A stretch of 64,000 nucleotides of DNA from Fidelibacterota bacterium SCGC AAA160-B08 (lineage in GTDB: Bacteria; Fidelibacterota; Marinisomatia; Marinisomatales; Marinisomataceae). The stretch lies in assembly GCA_000402755.1 (NCBI GenBank), contig AQSD01000004.1:1366-65365 (forward strand). The letters run 5' to 3'. The position numbers and the translations under genes were made by a program. The notes under the pieces were generated by a model. It had not been told where the DNA came from, did no database searches, and worked only from the letters and a program-made list of their open reading frames with translations. Of the stretch, positions 1 through 8,885 are shown one piece after another (position 1 is the first letter of the stretch; each line of letters begins with the position of its first letter).

Positions 1-59
1 CCAATATCGGAGGATTTGTAAGAGTTGCAGATTCAATGATTGACCAAGGTATTGTCTAA
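1..59 (+). CDS. 3' end of an unidentified upstream gene (partial; ...NIGGFVRVADSMIDQGIV*)
   Basis: Frame 3 is open from the window edge to TAA at 57-59, 25 nt before pgk. It is too short to assign a family. Confidence 0.3.
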   Translation, partial: NIGGFVRVADSMIDQGIV

Positions 60-84
60 ATTCTTTAGTATTATTTAGACTGTT

Positions 85-1284
85 ATGCTACGTAAGATTA
101 CATCAATAGACTTTCAGTCTAATAATAATACAAGTCAGTTTGTACTTATTCGAGTTGATTTTAATGTACCGGTGGAAGACGATCTAGTTGTAGATGATTA
201 TAGAATACTTAAATCATTACCTACAATCCAATATTGTCTTGACCAAGGAGCAAAAGTTGTTCTAATGTCCCATAGAGGAAGGCCAAATGGTAAAGTTGAT
301 TCAAGCCTTTCGTTAATGCCTGCAGGGGAAAGACTCGCTCAATTATTAGAAATGCCTATAAAATTTTCCCATGATTGTATATCAGAAGACGCTATAGATG
401 TATCAAGAAATTTAAAAAGAGGAGAAATTCACTTACTAGAAAACTTGAGATTTCATGAGGGAGAAACAATCAATGACCCATCATTTGCTTCTAAATTAGC
501 TAAACATGGAGCTATCTATTTAAATGATGCATTTGGTACAGCTCATCGTAAACATGCTTCGAATGTAGGTGTTGCTGATTATTTTACAACAAAAGGAATG
601 GGTTTATTGATGGAGAAAGAGATGGAGTTTCTTTCTGATGGTGTTTCTAACGCAATTGATCCAGTATCTTTGATTATTGGTGGAGCAAAAATTGATACCA
701 AGATAAATGTGATCAAACATTTTTTTGATATAGCAGACAACATTATTATTGGCGGCGCAATGGCAAATACTTTTTTAGCTGCAAATAAATATGATATGGG
801 AAAATCTTTAGTAGAAAAAAGCGAAATAGATACAGCGAGAAAGCTTATGCTAATGGCCTCTAAATATAAAACAAACATTATTCTTCCTATCGACTTTAAT
901 GGAGAGATGGGCAAGTTTGGAAGTGGTAAATTACGCTATACCAGTAGAGATGATATTAAGAAAACAATGATTTGTGAAGATATCGGAGAGCTGAGCATTA
1001 ATCTATTTACAGACATTATTAAACAATCAAAGACAGTTTTTTGGAATGGTACAGTTGGCGTAGCAGAAAATAAAGATTTTGCTATAGGTACTAATAAAAT
1101 AATTGATGCAATTACAGAAAGTAGATGCACTTCTATTGTTGGTGGAGGGGATACTATTGCAGCAATTAGAAATTATAAAAAAGGAATAATTGAAGACTTT
1201 TCTCACGCCTCTACTGGTGGAGGTTCTTGCTTAGAATTATTATCCGGTAATAAGCTTTCAGCTATACAGGCATTGGAAAAATAA
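85..1284 (+). CDS. pgk: phosphoglycerate kinase
   Basis: 399-aa ORF with RVDFNVP and MSHRGRP N-domain motifs and GGGD/STGGG C-domain motifs. TAATG overlap with tpiA. Confidence 0.95.
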   Translation: MLRKITSIDFQSNNNTSQFVLIRVDFNVPVEDDLVVDDYRILKSLPTIQYCLDQGAKVVLMSHRGRPNGKVDSSLSLMPAGERLAQLLEMPIKFSHDCISEDAIDVSRNLKRGEIHLLENLRFHEGETINDPSFASKLAKHGAIYLNDAFGTAHRKHASNVGVADYFTTKGMGLLMEKEMEFLSDGVSNAIDPVSLIIGGAKIDTKINVIKHFFDIADNIIIGGAMANTFLAANKYDMGKSLVEKSEIDTARKLMLMASKYKTNIILPIDFNGEMGKFGSGKLRYTSRDDIKKTMICEDIGELSINLFTDIIKQSKTVFWNGTVGVAENKDFAIGTNKIIDAITESRCTSIVGGGDTIAAIRNYKKGIIEDFSHASTGGGSCLELLSGNKLSAIQALEK

Positions 1285-2021
1285 TGAGAAAAATAACTCT
1301 AGCAGCAAATTGGAAGATGTATTTAGATGAGAGCAATTCAATCTCTTTTATTCACAAACTCAATGCAGACAAAGATTTATTTTCTGATAAAGATATTATA
1401 CTATTTCCATCACACGCCTGTATAAGAGCGGTAAAAGACCATCTAGATATAAGTTTAAAAATTGGTATGCAAGATTGTGATATGCATACTCAAGGAGCTT
1501 ATACTGGATCAACATCAATTAATTCTATTGATATAGACTCCTGTATTGTTGGTCATTCAGAAAGAAGGATCGTATACAAAGAAACAAATAGCATTATTTC
1601 GGATAAGTTAAATACTATTTTATCTAGCAACGCCAATCCTATCTTATGTATAGGAGAAACATTGAAAGAAAAAAATGAAAATTTAGCAATAAGTGTTCTG
1701 GATAAACAATTGTCTATCTTACCTCAAGATCTCGATGGAAAGCAATTGACTATTGCGTATGAGCCTGTATGGGCTATTGGATCTGGAGATGTGCCTTCAA
1801 ATGAATATATCAATGAAATGCTTTCTTCTATAAAAAATAGATTAAAAAGTTTATATTCAGATACAGATTTACATAATATTAAGTTATTTTATGGTGGGTC
1901 TGTTGACGCGAGTAATATTGAAGAACTTCTTAGTGTGAAGCTAATCGATGGTTTTCTCGTTGGTAGCGCTAGCGCTAACTTTGAAAAGTTTAAAGAAATT
2001 GTTAGAAAAATAAAATTATAA
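1284..2021 (+). CDS. tpiA: triosephosphate isomerase
   Basis: 245 aa with the AANWKM, GHSERR and AYEPVWAIGSG catalytic motifs. Confidence 0.95.
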   Translation: MRKITLAANWKMYLDESNSISFIHKLNADKDLFSDKDIILFPSHACIRAVKDHLDISLKIGMQDCDMHTQGAYTGSTSINSIDIDSCIVGHSERRIVYKETNSIISDKLNTILSSNANPILCIGETLKEKNENLAISVLDKQLSILPQDLDGKQLTIAYEPVWAIGSGDVPSNEYINEMLSSIKNRLKSLYSDTDLHNIKLFYGGSVDASNIEELLSVKLIDGFLVGSASANFEKFKEIVRKIKL

Positions 2022-2029
2022 GAGGTGTT

Positions 2030-2374
2030 ATGGTTCAATTTTTAATAGTAGTACATACATTAGTAAGTTTGTTACTTATCGGGGTAATTTTAATGCAATC
2101 AGGTCAGGGTGGACTAAACTCTATGATGGGTGGTGCCGCTAATTCGATGTTAGGATCTTCTGGCGCAAATGATTTCATTACCAAATTAACAACGTTTCTT
2201 GGGATAACATTCATTGGTTTAGCGTTAGTAATTGGCGCTATAAGCGGAGAATCTCAGTCATCTGGAGAATCTATTATTCAAAAAGATTCTGAATCTAGAC
2301 AAGTAGAATTGGCCGTTCCAAATGAATATGCTTTACCCTCTGAAGATCTTCTGCCAGAAGAAGCTACAAATTAA
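2030..2374 (+). CDS. secG: preprotein translocase subunit SecG
   Basis: 114 aa; N-terminal TM followed by LMQSGQGGL and a second TM. GAGG SD lies 7 nt upstream. The position after tpiA is typical. Confidence 0.85.
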   Translation: MVQFLIVVHTLVSLLLIGVILMQSGQGGLNSMMGGAANSMLGSSGANDFITKLTTFLGITFIGLALVIGAISGESQSSGESIIQKDSESRQVELAVPNEYALPSEDLLPEEATN

Positions 2375-2378
2375 GATA

Positions 2379-2462
2379 GCCGAAGTGGTGGAATTGGTAG
2401 ACACGCTAGCTTGAGGGGTTAGTGGAGGAAACTCTGTGTGGGTTCAAGTCCCGCCTTCGGCA
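2379..2462 (+). tRNA. tRNA-Leu (anticodon GAG), class II with long variable arm
   Basis: Acceptor GCCGAAG/CTTCGGC, anticodon stem CTAGC/GTTAG, loop TTGAGGG, T-loop GGTTCAAGTCC, discriminator A. No CCA is encoded. It starts 4 nt after the secG stop. Confidence 0.9.
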
Positions 2463-2543
2463 CAAAAATAACATTTAGTATTTTTTTAAAAGATTTATAG
2501 ATTACGTGATAATTAAAAAAATGAATACTTTAAAGGCGGTATA

Positions 2544-3749
2544 ATGAAAAATATTATTTTTATCTTATTATTCTCAACAACTATCTTTGCCCAAGGATCA
2601 GCTCTATCTCTTTATGAAGAATCTCAAAAAGCTCTATCTTCCGGCAACTTAGATCTTGCTGGAGAAAAAATTAGAGAAGCTATTAATCTAGACAAAGGAA
2701 ACGATAAATTTAGAAAAGAGTTCGATCGCTTAAATGGATTGAGAAATAAAATGATCAATGCTAATAGATCAGTTCAAGATGGAAGATTCGATGATGCTAT
2801 TTCAGGATTTGCAGATGTTATAGCTAATGTGTCAAATTCTGTTGAGGCATACTATGGAACAGCAAAAGCTTATGAAGGAAAGAAAGATTTTACTTCAGCT
2901 GTCAAATACTATAAACAATCTTTGGCTCTTGATCCTAATTATAAAAAGGCTAAAACATCTATATCCAACGTTGCTAAGAAGTTATATAATAGCGCAAATA
3001 AGGATTATAAAAATGGAAATCTTGAGTCTGCATTGTCAAAATATGAGCAAGTATTAGGTATTAATAGTAGGTTATATCAAGCCTATTTTCAAATGGGTGT
3101 TTTGCAAAAAAAGATGGGTAATCTATCTCTAGCAATTCAAAATTATCAAAGTGCTTTAAGTATTAAAAAAACATTTGACAAGGGATGGTATAGTCTTGGT
3201 TTAGCATATAGAGATAATGGTGATATGGATAATGCAAAATCTTCCTTTGAGGAAACAATTCGATTAAATAAGAAATATTATAAAGCTCACAAAAGCTTAG
3301 GAGATATTTTTATTGAATCAGAAAAATATGAAGACGCTATTGCAAGTTTTAAGTCAGCGATTGCTATTAAATCAAAGTATGCTCCAGCATATCATTCTAT
3401 GGGTATTACATATGCTAAAATGGAAGATTATACTAGGTCAGCAGAATCTTTAACTAAGGCTGTAGATCTACAGCCTAAAGAATTCCTATCTTGGTTTCAC
3501 TTATCTGAAGCTCACAATAAACTTAATGATTGCGAAGCTGCCAAAACAGCTGCGTTAGAGGCCATAGATTTGAAAAAGAATTTTGGCGGCGGTTGGTTTG
3601 AATTAGGTATTGCTGAGTATTGTGGAGGCAAAGGAAATAAGAATACATCTATTAATCATTTTGAAAAAGCAAGAAATGATAGAGAATGGAGAAAAATGGC
3701 AGAATATGAAATCGATCGCGTTAGAAATCCTGAGAAGTATGAGGAATGA
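2544..3749 (+). CDS. secreted tetratricopeptide (TPR) repeat protein
   Basis: 401 aa with an N-terminal signal peptide (LLFSTTIFAQG). Repeated 34-aa A/Y/L-patterned units (AYYGTAKAYE..., AYFQMGVLQ..., GWYSLGLAYRD...). Confidence 0.8.
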   Translation: MKNIIFILLFSTTIFAQGSALSLYEESQKALSSGNLDLAGEKIREAINLDKGNDKFRKEFDRLNGLRNKMINANRSVQDGRFDDAISGFADVIANVSNSVEAYYGTAKAYEGKKDFTSAVKYYKQSLALDPNYKKAKTSISNVAKKLYNSANKDYKNGNLESALSKYEQVLGINSRLYQAYFQMGVLQKKMGNLSLAIQNYQSALSIKKTFDKGWYSLGLAYRDNGDMDNAKSSFEETIRLNKKYYKAHKSLGDIFIESEKYEDAIASFKSAIAIKSKYAPAYHSMGITYAKMEDYTRSAESLTKAVDLQPKEFLSWFHLSEAHNKLNDCEAAKTAALEAIDLKKNFGGGWFELGIAEYCGGKGNKNTSINHFEKARNDREWRKMAEYEIDRVRNPEKYEE

Positions 3750-4429
3750 TTAAAGCAGTTATTTTTGACCTAGATAATACTCTGCTCGATTTTGTCAAAA
3801 TGAAAAAAGAGGCAGTAATGAGCGCTCTTTCATCTATGAAAGAAGCTGGTTTAGATTTAGATGTAGATATATCCTATAAAGATATAATGGATATATACGA
3901 AGTTGACGGGTGGGAAAATCAGGTAGTATTCGACAAATTTTTAAAAAATAAAATTGGCTATGTAGATAATAAATATTTAGCTGCTGGAATCGTTGCTTAC
4001 AGAAGAGCAAAAGAAGCTAATTTAAAAGCTTATCCAAATGTTCAAAAAACATTGAATCACTTATTAAAAAATGGCATCAAACTAGCCATTGTGTCAGATG
4101 CTCCTAGTCGAGAAGCTTGGATGAGAATTTATTATTTAAATCTTCATCATTCTTTTGATACAGTGATTACATTTGATGATTCAGGAGAAAGAAAACCTTC
4201 TCCAGCACCGTTCAAGCTTGCTCTCAAAGAATTAAATCTATCTAAGGATGAAGTGTTAATGGTAGGAGATTGGCCTGAAAGAGATATGGTTGGAGCCAAT
4301 AGTATGGGCATAAAGACTATTTTTGCAAAATATGGAGACGCCTTTGGAGTGAAAGACTCTGGAGCTAATTGGGATATTGAAGACATATCGGAAGTAGTTA
4401 CTATTATTGAAGAGATTAATAATGGCTAA
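3746..4429 (+). CDS. HAD-superfamily hydrolase (phosphatase, subfamily IA-like)
   Basis: 227 aa with motif I IFDLDNTLLD, motif II VSDAP and motif IV VGDWPERD. ATGA overlap with the upstream gene. Confidence 0.8.
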   Translation: MIKAVIFDLDNTLLDFVKMKKEAVMSALSSMKEAGLDLDVDISYKDIMDIYEVDGWENQVVFDKFLKNKIGYVDNKYLAAGIVAYRRAKEANLKAYPNVQKTLNHLLKNGIKLAIVSDAPSREAWMRIYYLNLHHSFDTVITFDDSGERKPSPAPFKLALKELNLSKDEVLMVGDWPERDMVGANSMGIKTIFAKYGDAFGVKDSGANWDIEDISEVVTIIEEINNG

Positions 4430-4769
4430 TATTGGTGTCGATATTGTTGCAATCAATCGTATTGAATCTATTTTAAGCTCTGATAAGAAAATGAAATTTT
4501 TGAATAAAATATTTTCTGAAAATGAAATCCTAGAATCAAAAGAAAAAGCAAATGCATCACAATATTTTTCTGGAAGATTTGCAGCAAAAGAAGCAGTTAA
4601 AAAAGCGCTATCCTCTGAAAAAAAATCAACTAATCAATCTTTTAAATCTATAGAAATTTTAAATAGCGATAGCGGTAAGCCTTATGTTCTAAGTAAGACT
4701 AGTGAAGATATCAATATTTCTATATCACACGATGGGAACTATGCAGTCGCTTTCTGCGTAATAGATTGA
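4422..4769 (+). CDS. acpS: holo-[acyl-carrier-protein] synthase
   Basis: MANIGVDIVAINRIE and FAAKEAVKKAL motifs. I chose ATG 4422 over the track's TTG 4407 because it matches the usual AcpS N-terminus. It overlaps the HAD gene by 8 nt. Confidence 0.85.
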   Translation: MANIGVDIVAINRIESILSSDKKMKFLNKIFSENEILESKEKANASQYFSGRFAAKEAVKKALSSEKKSTNQSFKSIEILNSDSGKPYVLSKTSEDINISISHDGNYAVAFCVID

Positions 4770-4775
4770 GTAGTT

Positions 4776-6032
4776 ATGGATTATTTTGAAATAGAAGGAA
4801 AGAATAAGCTCTTTGGAGATATTGATATTAGTGGAGCAAAAAATGCAGTATTGCCTTTGATGGCTGCTGCAATCTTAAATGATAGAGCGCTAACTATCAC
4901 TAATGTACCAAAATTGTCTGACTCAATTACAATGGGAAATCTAATAAAAGGAATGGGCGGAGAAGTTAATTTTGATCATTCTAGTATTATTATTGATCCA
5001 AAAAAATTGAATATACCTTACGCTCCATATAAACTTGTAAAAACTATGCGAGCTTCTTTTTATGTACTTGGACCGTTAGTTGCTAGGTTTGGCGAGGCAA
5101 AAGTTTCATTACCTGGAGGTTGTGCCTGGGGTCCTAGACCAGTCGATTTTCATCTTGAAGGGTTAAAAAAATTAGGTATAGATATAAGTCTAGAAGCAGG
5201 ATATGTGATTGCAAAGTCAAAAAAAATAGTTGGAAATAAAATTGTATTTCCAAAAATTTCTGTTGGAGCTACTGGAAATGTATTGATGGCAGCAGTTTTA
5301 GCTGAAGGAGATACTGAAATTCACAATGCAGCAGCAGAGCCTGAAATTCAACAATTATGTTTATTGTTAAATCAGATGGGAGCAAAAATATCAGGAATAG
5401 GCACTAATATATTGAAAATTCAAGGAGTAGAGAATTTGGGTGGCGTAGATAGTATTAAAGTTATCCCAGATAGAATCGAAGCAGGCACTTTTTTAATAGC
5501 TGTCGCCGCAACAGGTGGAAGAGTTAGGTTAAATAATGTAGAGCCGAAACATATGGAAAGTGTAACTAGTCTATTGAAACAGTCTAATATTGATATTGAA
5601 ATAGAAAAAGATTCTATTCTAGTTACTTCAACTGGATCCGATATGAAGGCTTGCAATATGGAGACCAATGAATATCCAGGATTCCCTACAGACTTGCAAG
5701 CACAATGGATGCTTTTAATGAGCTTATCTATAGGAGACTCCACGATAAAAGAAAATATCTATTTTGATCGCTTCACCCATATTTTAGAGCTAAACAGATT
5801 AGGATGTGATGTGCGTCTCCATAAAGATCATGCAGTTATTAAAGGCGATAGATCTTTGATTGGAGCTGATGTTATGTCTACTGATATTAGAGCTTCTGCT
5901 GCACTAATTATTGCCGCTTTATGCGCAGAAGGTTTGACTAGTATTAGTAGGGTCTACCATATCGATAGAGGTTATGATAGAATTGAAGAAAAATTAGTCA
6001 AAGTTGGAGCAAAAATAACAAGGAAGAAATAA
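4776..6032 (+). CDS. murA: UDP-N-acetylglucosamine 1-carboxyvinyltransferase
   Basis: 418 aa with GAKNAVLP and the active-site Cys loop LPGGCAWGPRPVD. The C-terminal HIDRGY..IE.KL motif is present. Confidence 0.95.
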   Translation: MDYFEIEGKNKLFGDIDISGAKNAVLPLMAAAILNDRALTITNVPKLSDSITMGNLIKGMGGEVNFDHSSIIIDPKKLNIPYAPYKLVKTMRASFYVLGPLVARFGEAKVSLPGGCAWGPRPVDFHLEGLKKLGIDISLEAGYVIAKSKKIVGNKIVFPKISVGATGNVLMAAVLAEGDTEIHNAAAEPEIQQLCLLLNQMGAKISGIGTNILKIQGVENLGGVDSIKVIPDRIEAGTFLIAVAATGGRVRLNNVEPKHMESVTSLLKQSNIDIEIEKDSILVTSTGSDMKACNMETNEYPGFPTDLQAQWMLLMSLSIGDSTIKENIYFDRFTHILELNRLGCDVRLHKDHAVIKGDRSLIGADVMSTDIRASAALIIAALCAEGLTSISRVYHIDRGYDRIEEKLVKVGAKITRKK

Positions 6033-6050
6033 CCGAATTTCGGTTGTTTC
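6031..6050 (+). terminator. possible weak intrinsic terminator after murA
   Basis: AACCG-AATTT-CGGTT hairpin followed by a T-rich GTTTCTTT. The stem is short, so support is weak. Confidence 0.35.
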
Positions 6051-6083
6051 TTTATGAATTCTTTATAGATTACTAATTAAGTT

Positions 6084-7433
6084 ATGAGAATTGTAATTAT
6101 CGGTGCAGGTGAAGTAGGTTTCCATGTTGCTAAGTCTCTTAGCGAACTTGATTATGACATTGCCGTAGTAGATATTAATCATAAAAAATGTCAACGAGCG
6201 AATGAACATTTAGATGTTATCGTTATAAAAGGCAATGGTTCTGATGAAAAAATACTACAGCAAGCCAATGTAGCTGATGCTGATTATGTATTTACTCTAA
6301 CTAGTTCAGATGAAACTAATCTTATTTCTTCTATGCAAGCACACAATTTAGGTGCAAAAAAGATTGTAGCACGTCTTAGAGATTTTGACTACAGTAAGAA
6401 TGGACATGCTTTTATTCCTGAGAAATTTGGGATAGATATGGTTATTCATCCTGAAGCTGCCGTAGCTGAAGAAATTATTCGATTAGTTAAGCATCCCTAT
6501 GCAGATAAATTTTATGAATTTGAAAATGGGAATGCAGTGCTTTTTTCAAAGAAGATAAATCATCGTTCCATTATTATAGGTAAAACAGTAGAAGAGTTTC
6601 ATAAGGAAAATACAGATTTTAAATGCTTAATTGTTGCTGTAGTAAGAGATGAAAAAATGACTATTCCAACATCTTCATTTAAGTTTGAGCCGGATGACTA
6701 TATATTCTTTTTTACAAAATCAAAAAATTTAGATATACTTTTAAATGCTTTAGGAATTTCTTCTTCTAAAACTAAGCGAGTAATGATAGCAGGCGCAAGT
6801 AAAATTGGACGTCTAATTGCACGACAATTAGAAGGAGATATGTCAGTTAGACTAATTGATAATTCAAAAGAAAAAGCAACTGCTGTAGCCAATGAATTGA
6901 ATGACTCTATCGTTATTCATTCCGATGCAACAGATGTTGAATTTTTGAAGGGTGAAAATATAAATGAAGTAGATTCATTTATTGCTGTCACAGAAGATCA
7001 ACAACTTAATTTGTTAGCAGGTATTCTTGCAAAACAATTAAGAGTAAAGCAGTCTATTATACATGTTACCAATCCAGATTATGTAAAAAATATGTCAGAT
7101 CTTGGAATGGGTTCTATTGTAAGTAAAAATACAGTTAGTGTTAATGCGATTGTTAAAGCAATTAGAATTGATCATAAAGATAATGTGATTCAATTATTTA
7201 GCACTCTAGAGATGGAAGCGATAGAGATTGAAGCAGAAAAAAATTCAAAAGCAGTACGTATTCCAATATCTAATTTAAATTTACCTCATGGTAGTATTGT
7301 AGCTCTAGTTAATCACAACGGACACTTAACAATACCATCTGGGGATTATCAAATCCTAGCAAATGATACGGTATTAATTTTCTGTATTCACTCAAAGGTT
7401 AGAGAAGTGAATAAGATATTTCAATCAGAATAA
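6084..7433 (+). CDS. trkA: Trk potassium uptake system, NAD-binding subunit TrkA
   Basis: 449 aa with two Rossmann GxGxxG modules (IIGAGEVG, IAGASKIG), each followed by a TrkA-C-like segment. TAATG overlap with trkH. Confidence 0.9.
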   Translation: MRIVIIGAGEVGFHVAKSLSELDYDIAVVDINHKKCQRANEHLDVIVIKGNGSDEKILQQANVADADYVFTLTSSDETNLISSMQAHNLGAKKIVARLRDFDYSKNGHAFIPEKFGIDMVIHPEAAVAEEIIRLVKHPYADKFYEFENGNAVLFSKKINHRSIIIGKTVEEFHKENTDFKCLIVAVVRDEKMTIPTSSFKFEPDDYIFFFTKSKNLDILLNALGISSSKTKRVMIAGASKIGRLIARQLEGDMSVRLIDNSKEKATAVANELNDSIVIHSDATDVEFLKGENINEVDSFIAVTEDQQLNLLAGILAKQLRVKQSIIHVTNPDYVKNMSDLGMGSIVSKNTVSVNAIVKAIRIDHKDNVIQLFSTLEMEAIEIEAEKNSKAVRIPISNLNLPHGSIVALVNHNGHLTIPSGDYQILANDTVLIFCIHSKVREVNKIFQSE

Positions 7434-8857
7434 TGAGCTTAAGACCTATATTTAGATTCTTAGCAATGCTGACAATGTTCTTGTCAATTTTTTTGCTTAT
7501 TCCTGCATTAATCGATTATGTAGATCTTGGAGGTGTATACTTATTAAAAATAGCAGGAGCTGCTTTTATTCTTTCTCTACCTGTCTTATATGTGTGCAGA
7601 AAGGCAAAATCATTATCTAATAAAAATGTATTTTTAGTAATTGTATTGAGTTGGGTGATGACATCAGTTTTTGGTTCGCTTCCATTCTATTATTCAGGAT
7701 TTTTTGATAATTATACGAATGCATTATTTGAGGCCGTATCAGGCGTGACTACTACAGGAGCTACCATTTTAGATGATATTGAAATTTTACCAAAAAGTAT
7801 TTTATTCTGGAGAGCATTCCTTCAATGGATTGGAGGTTTGGGTGTTGTTGTATTTACTATTGCTCTATTACCTCTATTGGGTGTTTCAGGAGAAAAGCTT
7901 TTTAATGTAGAGTATCCAGGTCCGTCATCAGAAAAAATTACACCAAGAATAAAAGATACAGCAAGATTATTGCTCAAATTTTATATTGGATTTACATTAC
8001 TAGAATTTGTATTGCTATCTTATGATATGTCCTCTTTTGACGCTATTTGTCATGCATTGACAACAATGCCCACTGGTGGATTTTCTACATTTAATGATAG
8101 TATTAATTCTCAGTCATATTACGTGAAATCAGTCATTTTATTATTTATGATTATCGGTGGAACGAATTTTGCTTTACATTTCAGAGCAGCTAAAGCTGGA
8201 GCAAAATCATATATAAGAGATAGAGAGTTCTTATACTATATAGGATTAGTTTCGTTAGCATCAATATCTATTTTATTAATTAGCTATTGGTATAGCGAAG
8301 GATCAAATACCCTAGATACTACTTTTCAGGTAGTTGCCATACTAACTTCAACAGGATATACTGCTACCGACTATAGCGCTTGGCAACCTTTCATTAAACA
8401 ATTTATATTATTTGGTTTAATGTTTGTCGGTGCAATGGGAGGATCTACTAGTGGTGGTATGAAGTTAATTAGACTTATTGCAGTCGCAAAATATGCTACA
8501 ATGGAATTAAAGCGATCATTACATTCAAAAGCAATTATACCTATTCGCATAGGTAAAAAAATAATTCCCGATGAAGTAATAAGAAAAACTATAGCATTCT
8601 TTTTATTTTATGTATCATTTTTCTTTTTTGCATCTTTCTGCTTTATTGTCATGGGTATTGATCTTCAATCTGCAATGGGTGCTGCCGCATCAGGAATGGG
8701 TAATATTGGTCCATCTTGGGGAGCTTATGGGGCCATGGATAACTACTTATTGATGCCAATGATAGGGAAGTATATCATGATGTTTTGTATGTTGCTAGGA
8801 AGATTAGAAATCTTTGCTGTGTTAGTATTATTTACGAAGACATTCTGGAGATCTTAA
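7433..8857 (+). CDS. trkH: Trk potassium uptake system, membrane subunit TrkH
   Basis: 474 aa, polytopic. Repeated selectivity-filter-like GxTTTG/TGG/STGY/GGSTSGG segments typical of TrkH/KtrB. Confidence 0.9.
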   Translation: MSLRPIFRFLAMLTMFLSIFLLIPALIDYVDLGGVYLLKIAGAAFILSLPVLYVCRKAKSLSNKNVFLVIVLSWVMTSVFGSLPFYYSGFFDNYTNALFEAVSGVTTTGATILDDIEILPKSILFWRAFLQWIGGLGVVVFTIALLPLLGVSGEKLFNVEYPGPSSEKITPRIKDTARLLLKFYIGFTLLEFVLLSYDMSSFDAICHALTTMPTGGFSTFNDSINSQSYYVKSVILLFMIIGGTNFALHFRAAKAGAKSYIRDREFLYYIGLVSLASISILLISYWYSEGSNTLDTTFQVVAILTSTGYTATDYSAWQPFIKQFILFGLMFVGAMGGSTSGGMKLIRLIAVAKYATMELKRSLHSKAIIPIRIGKKIIPDEVIRKTIAFFLFYVSFFFFASFCFIVMGIDLQSAMGAAASGMGNIGPSWGAYGAMDNYLLMPMIGKYIMMFCMLLGRLEIFAVLVLFTKTFWRS

Positions 8858-8885
8858 AATAGACCTACAGTCTAAAATTGCTGGC

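Noticed and set aside
579-914. Long antisense ORFs inside well-supported genes. Examples: 579-914 in pgk, 5420-5743 in murA, 16940-17296 in the CNNM gene, 46602-47147 in the DUF5916 gene, 62123-62452 in the DUF1295 gene.
   Set aside because: All lie fully within strongly supported sense-strand genes. They have odd, low-complexity compositions and no start context, and are typical shadow ORFs of the opposite codon frame.
2521-2544. A 7-codon uORF (MNTLKAV*) whose stop overlaps the ATG of the TPR gene.
   Set aside because: It has no SD and is very short and AT-rich, consistent with chance. There is nothing to support function.
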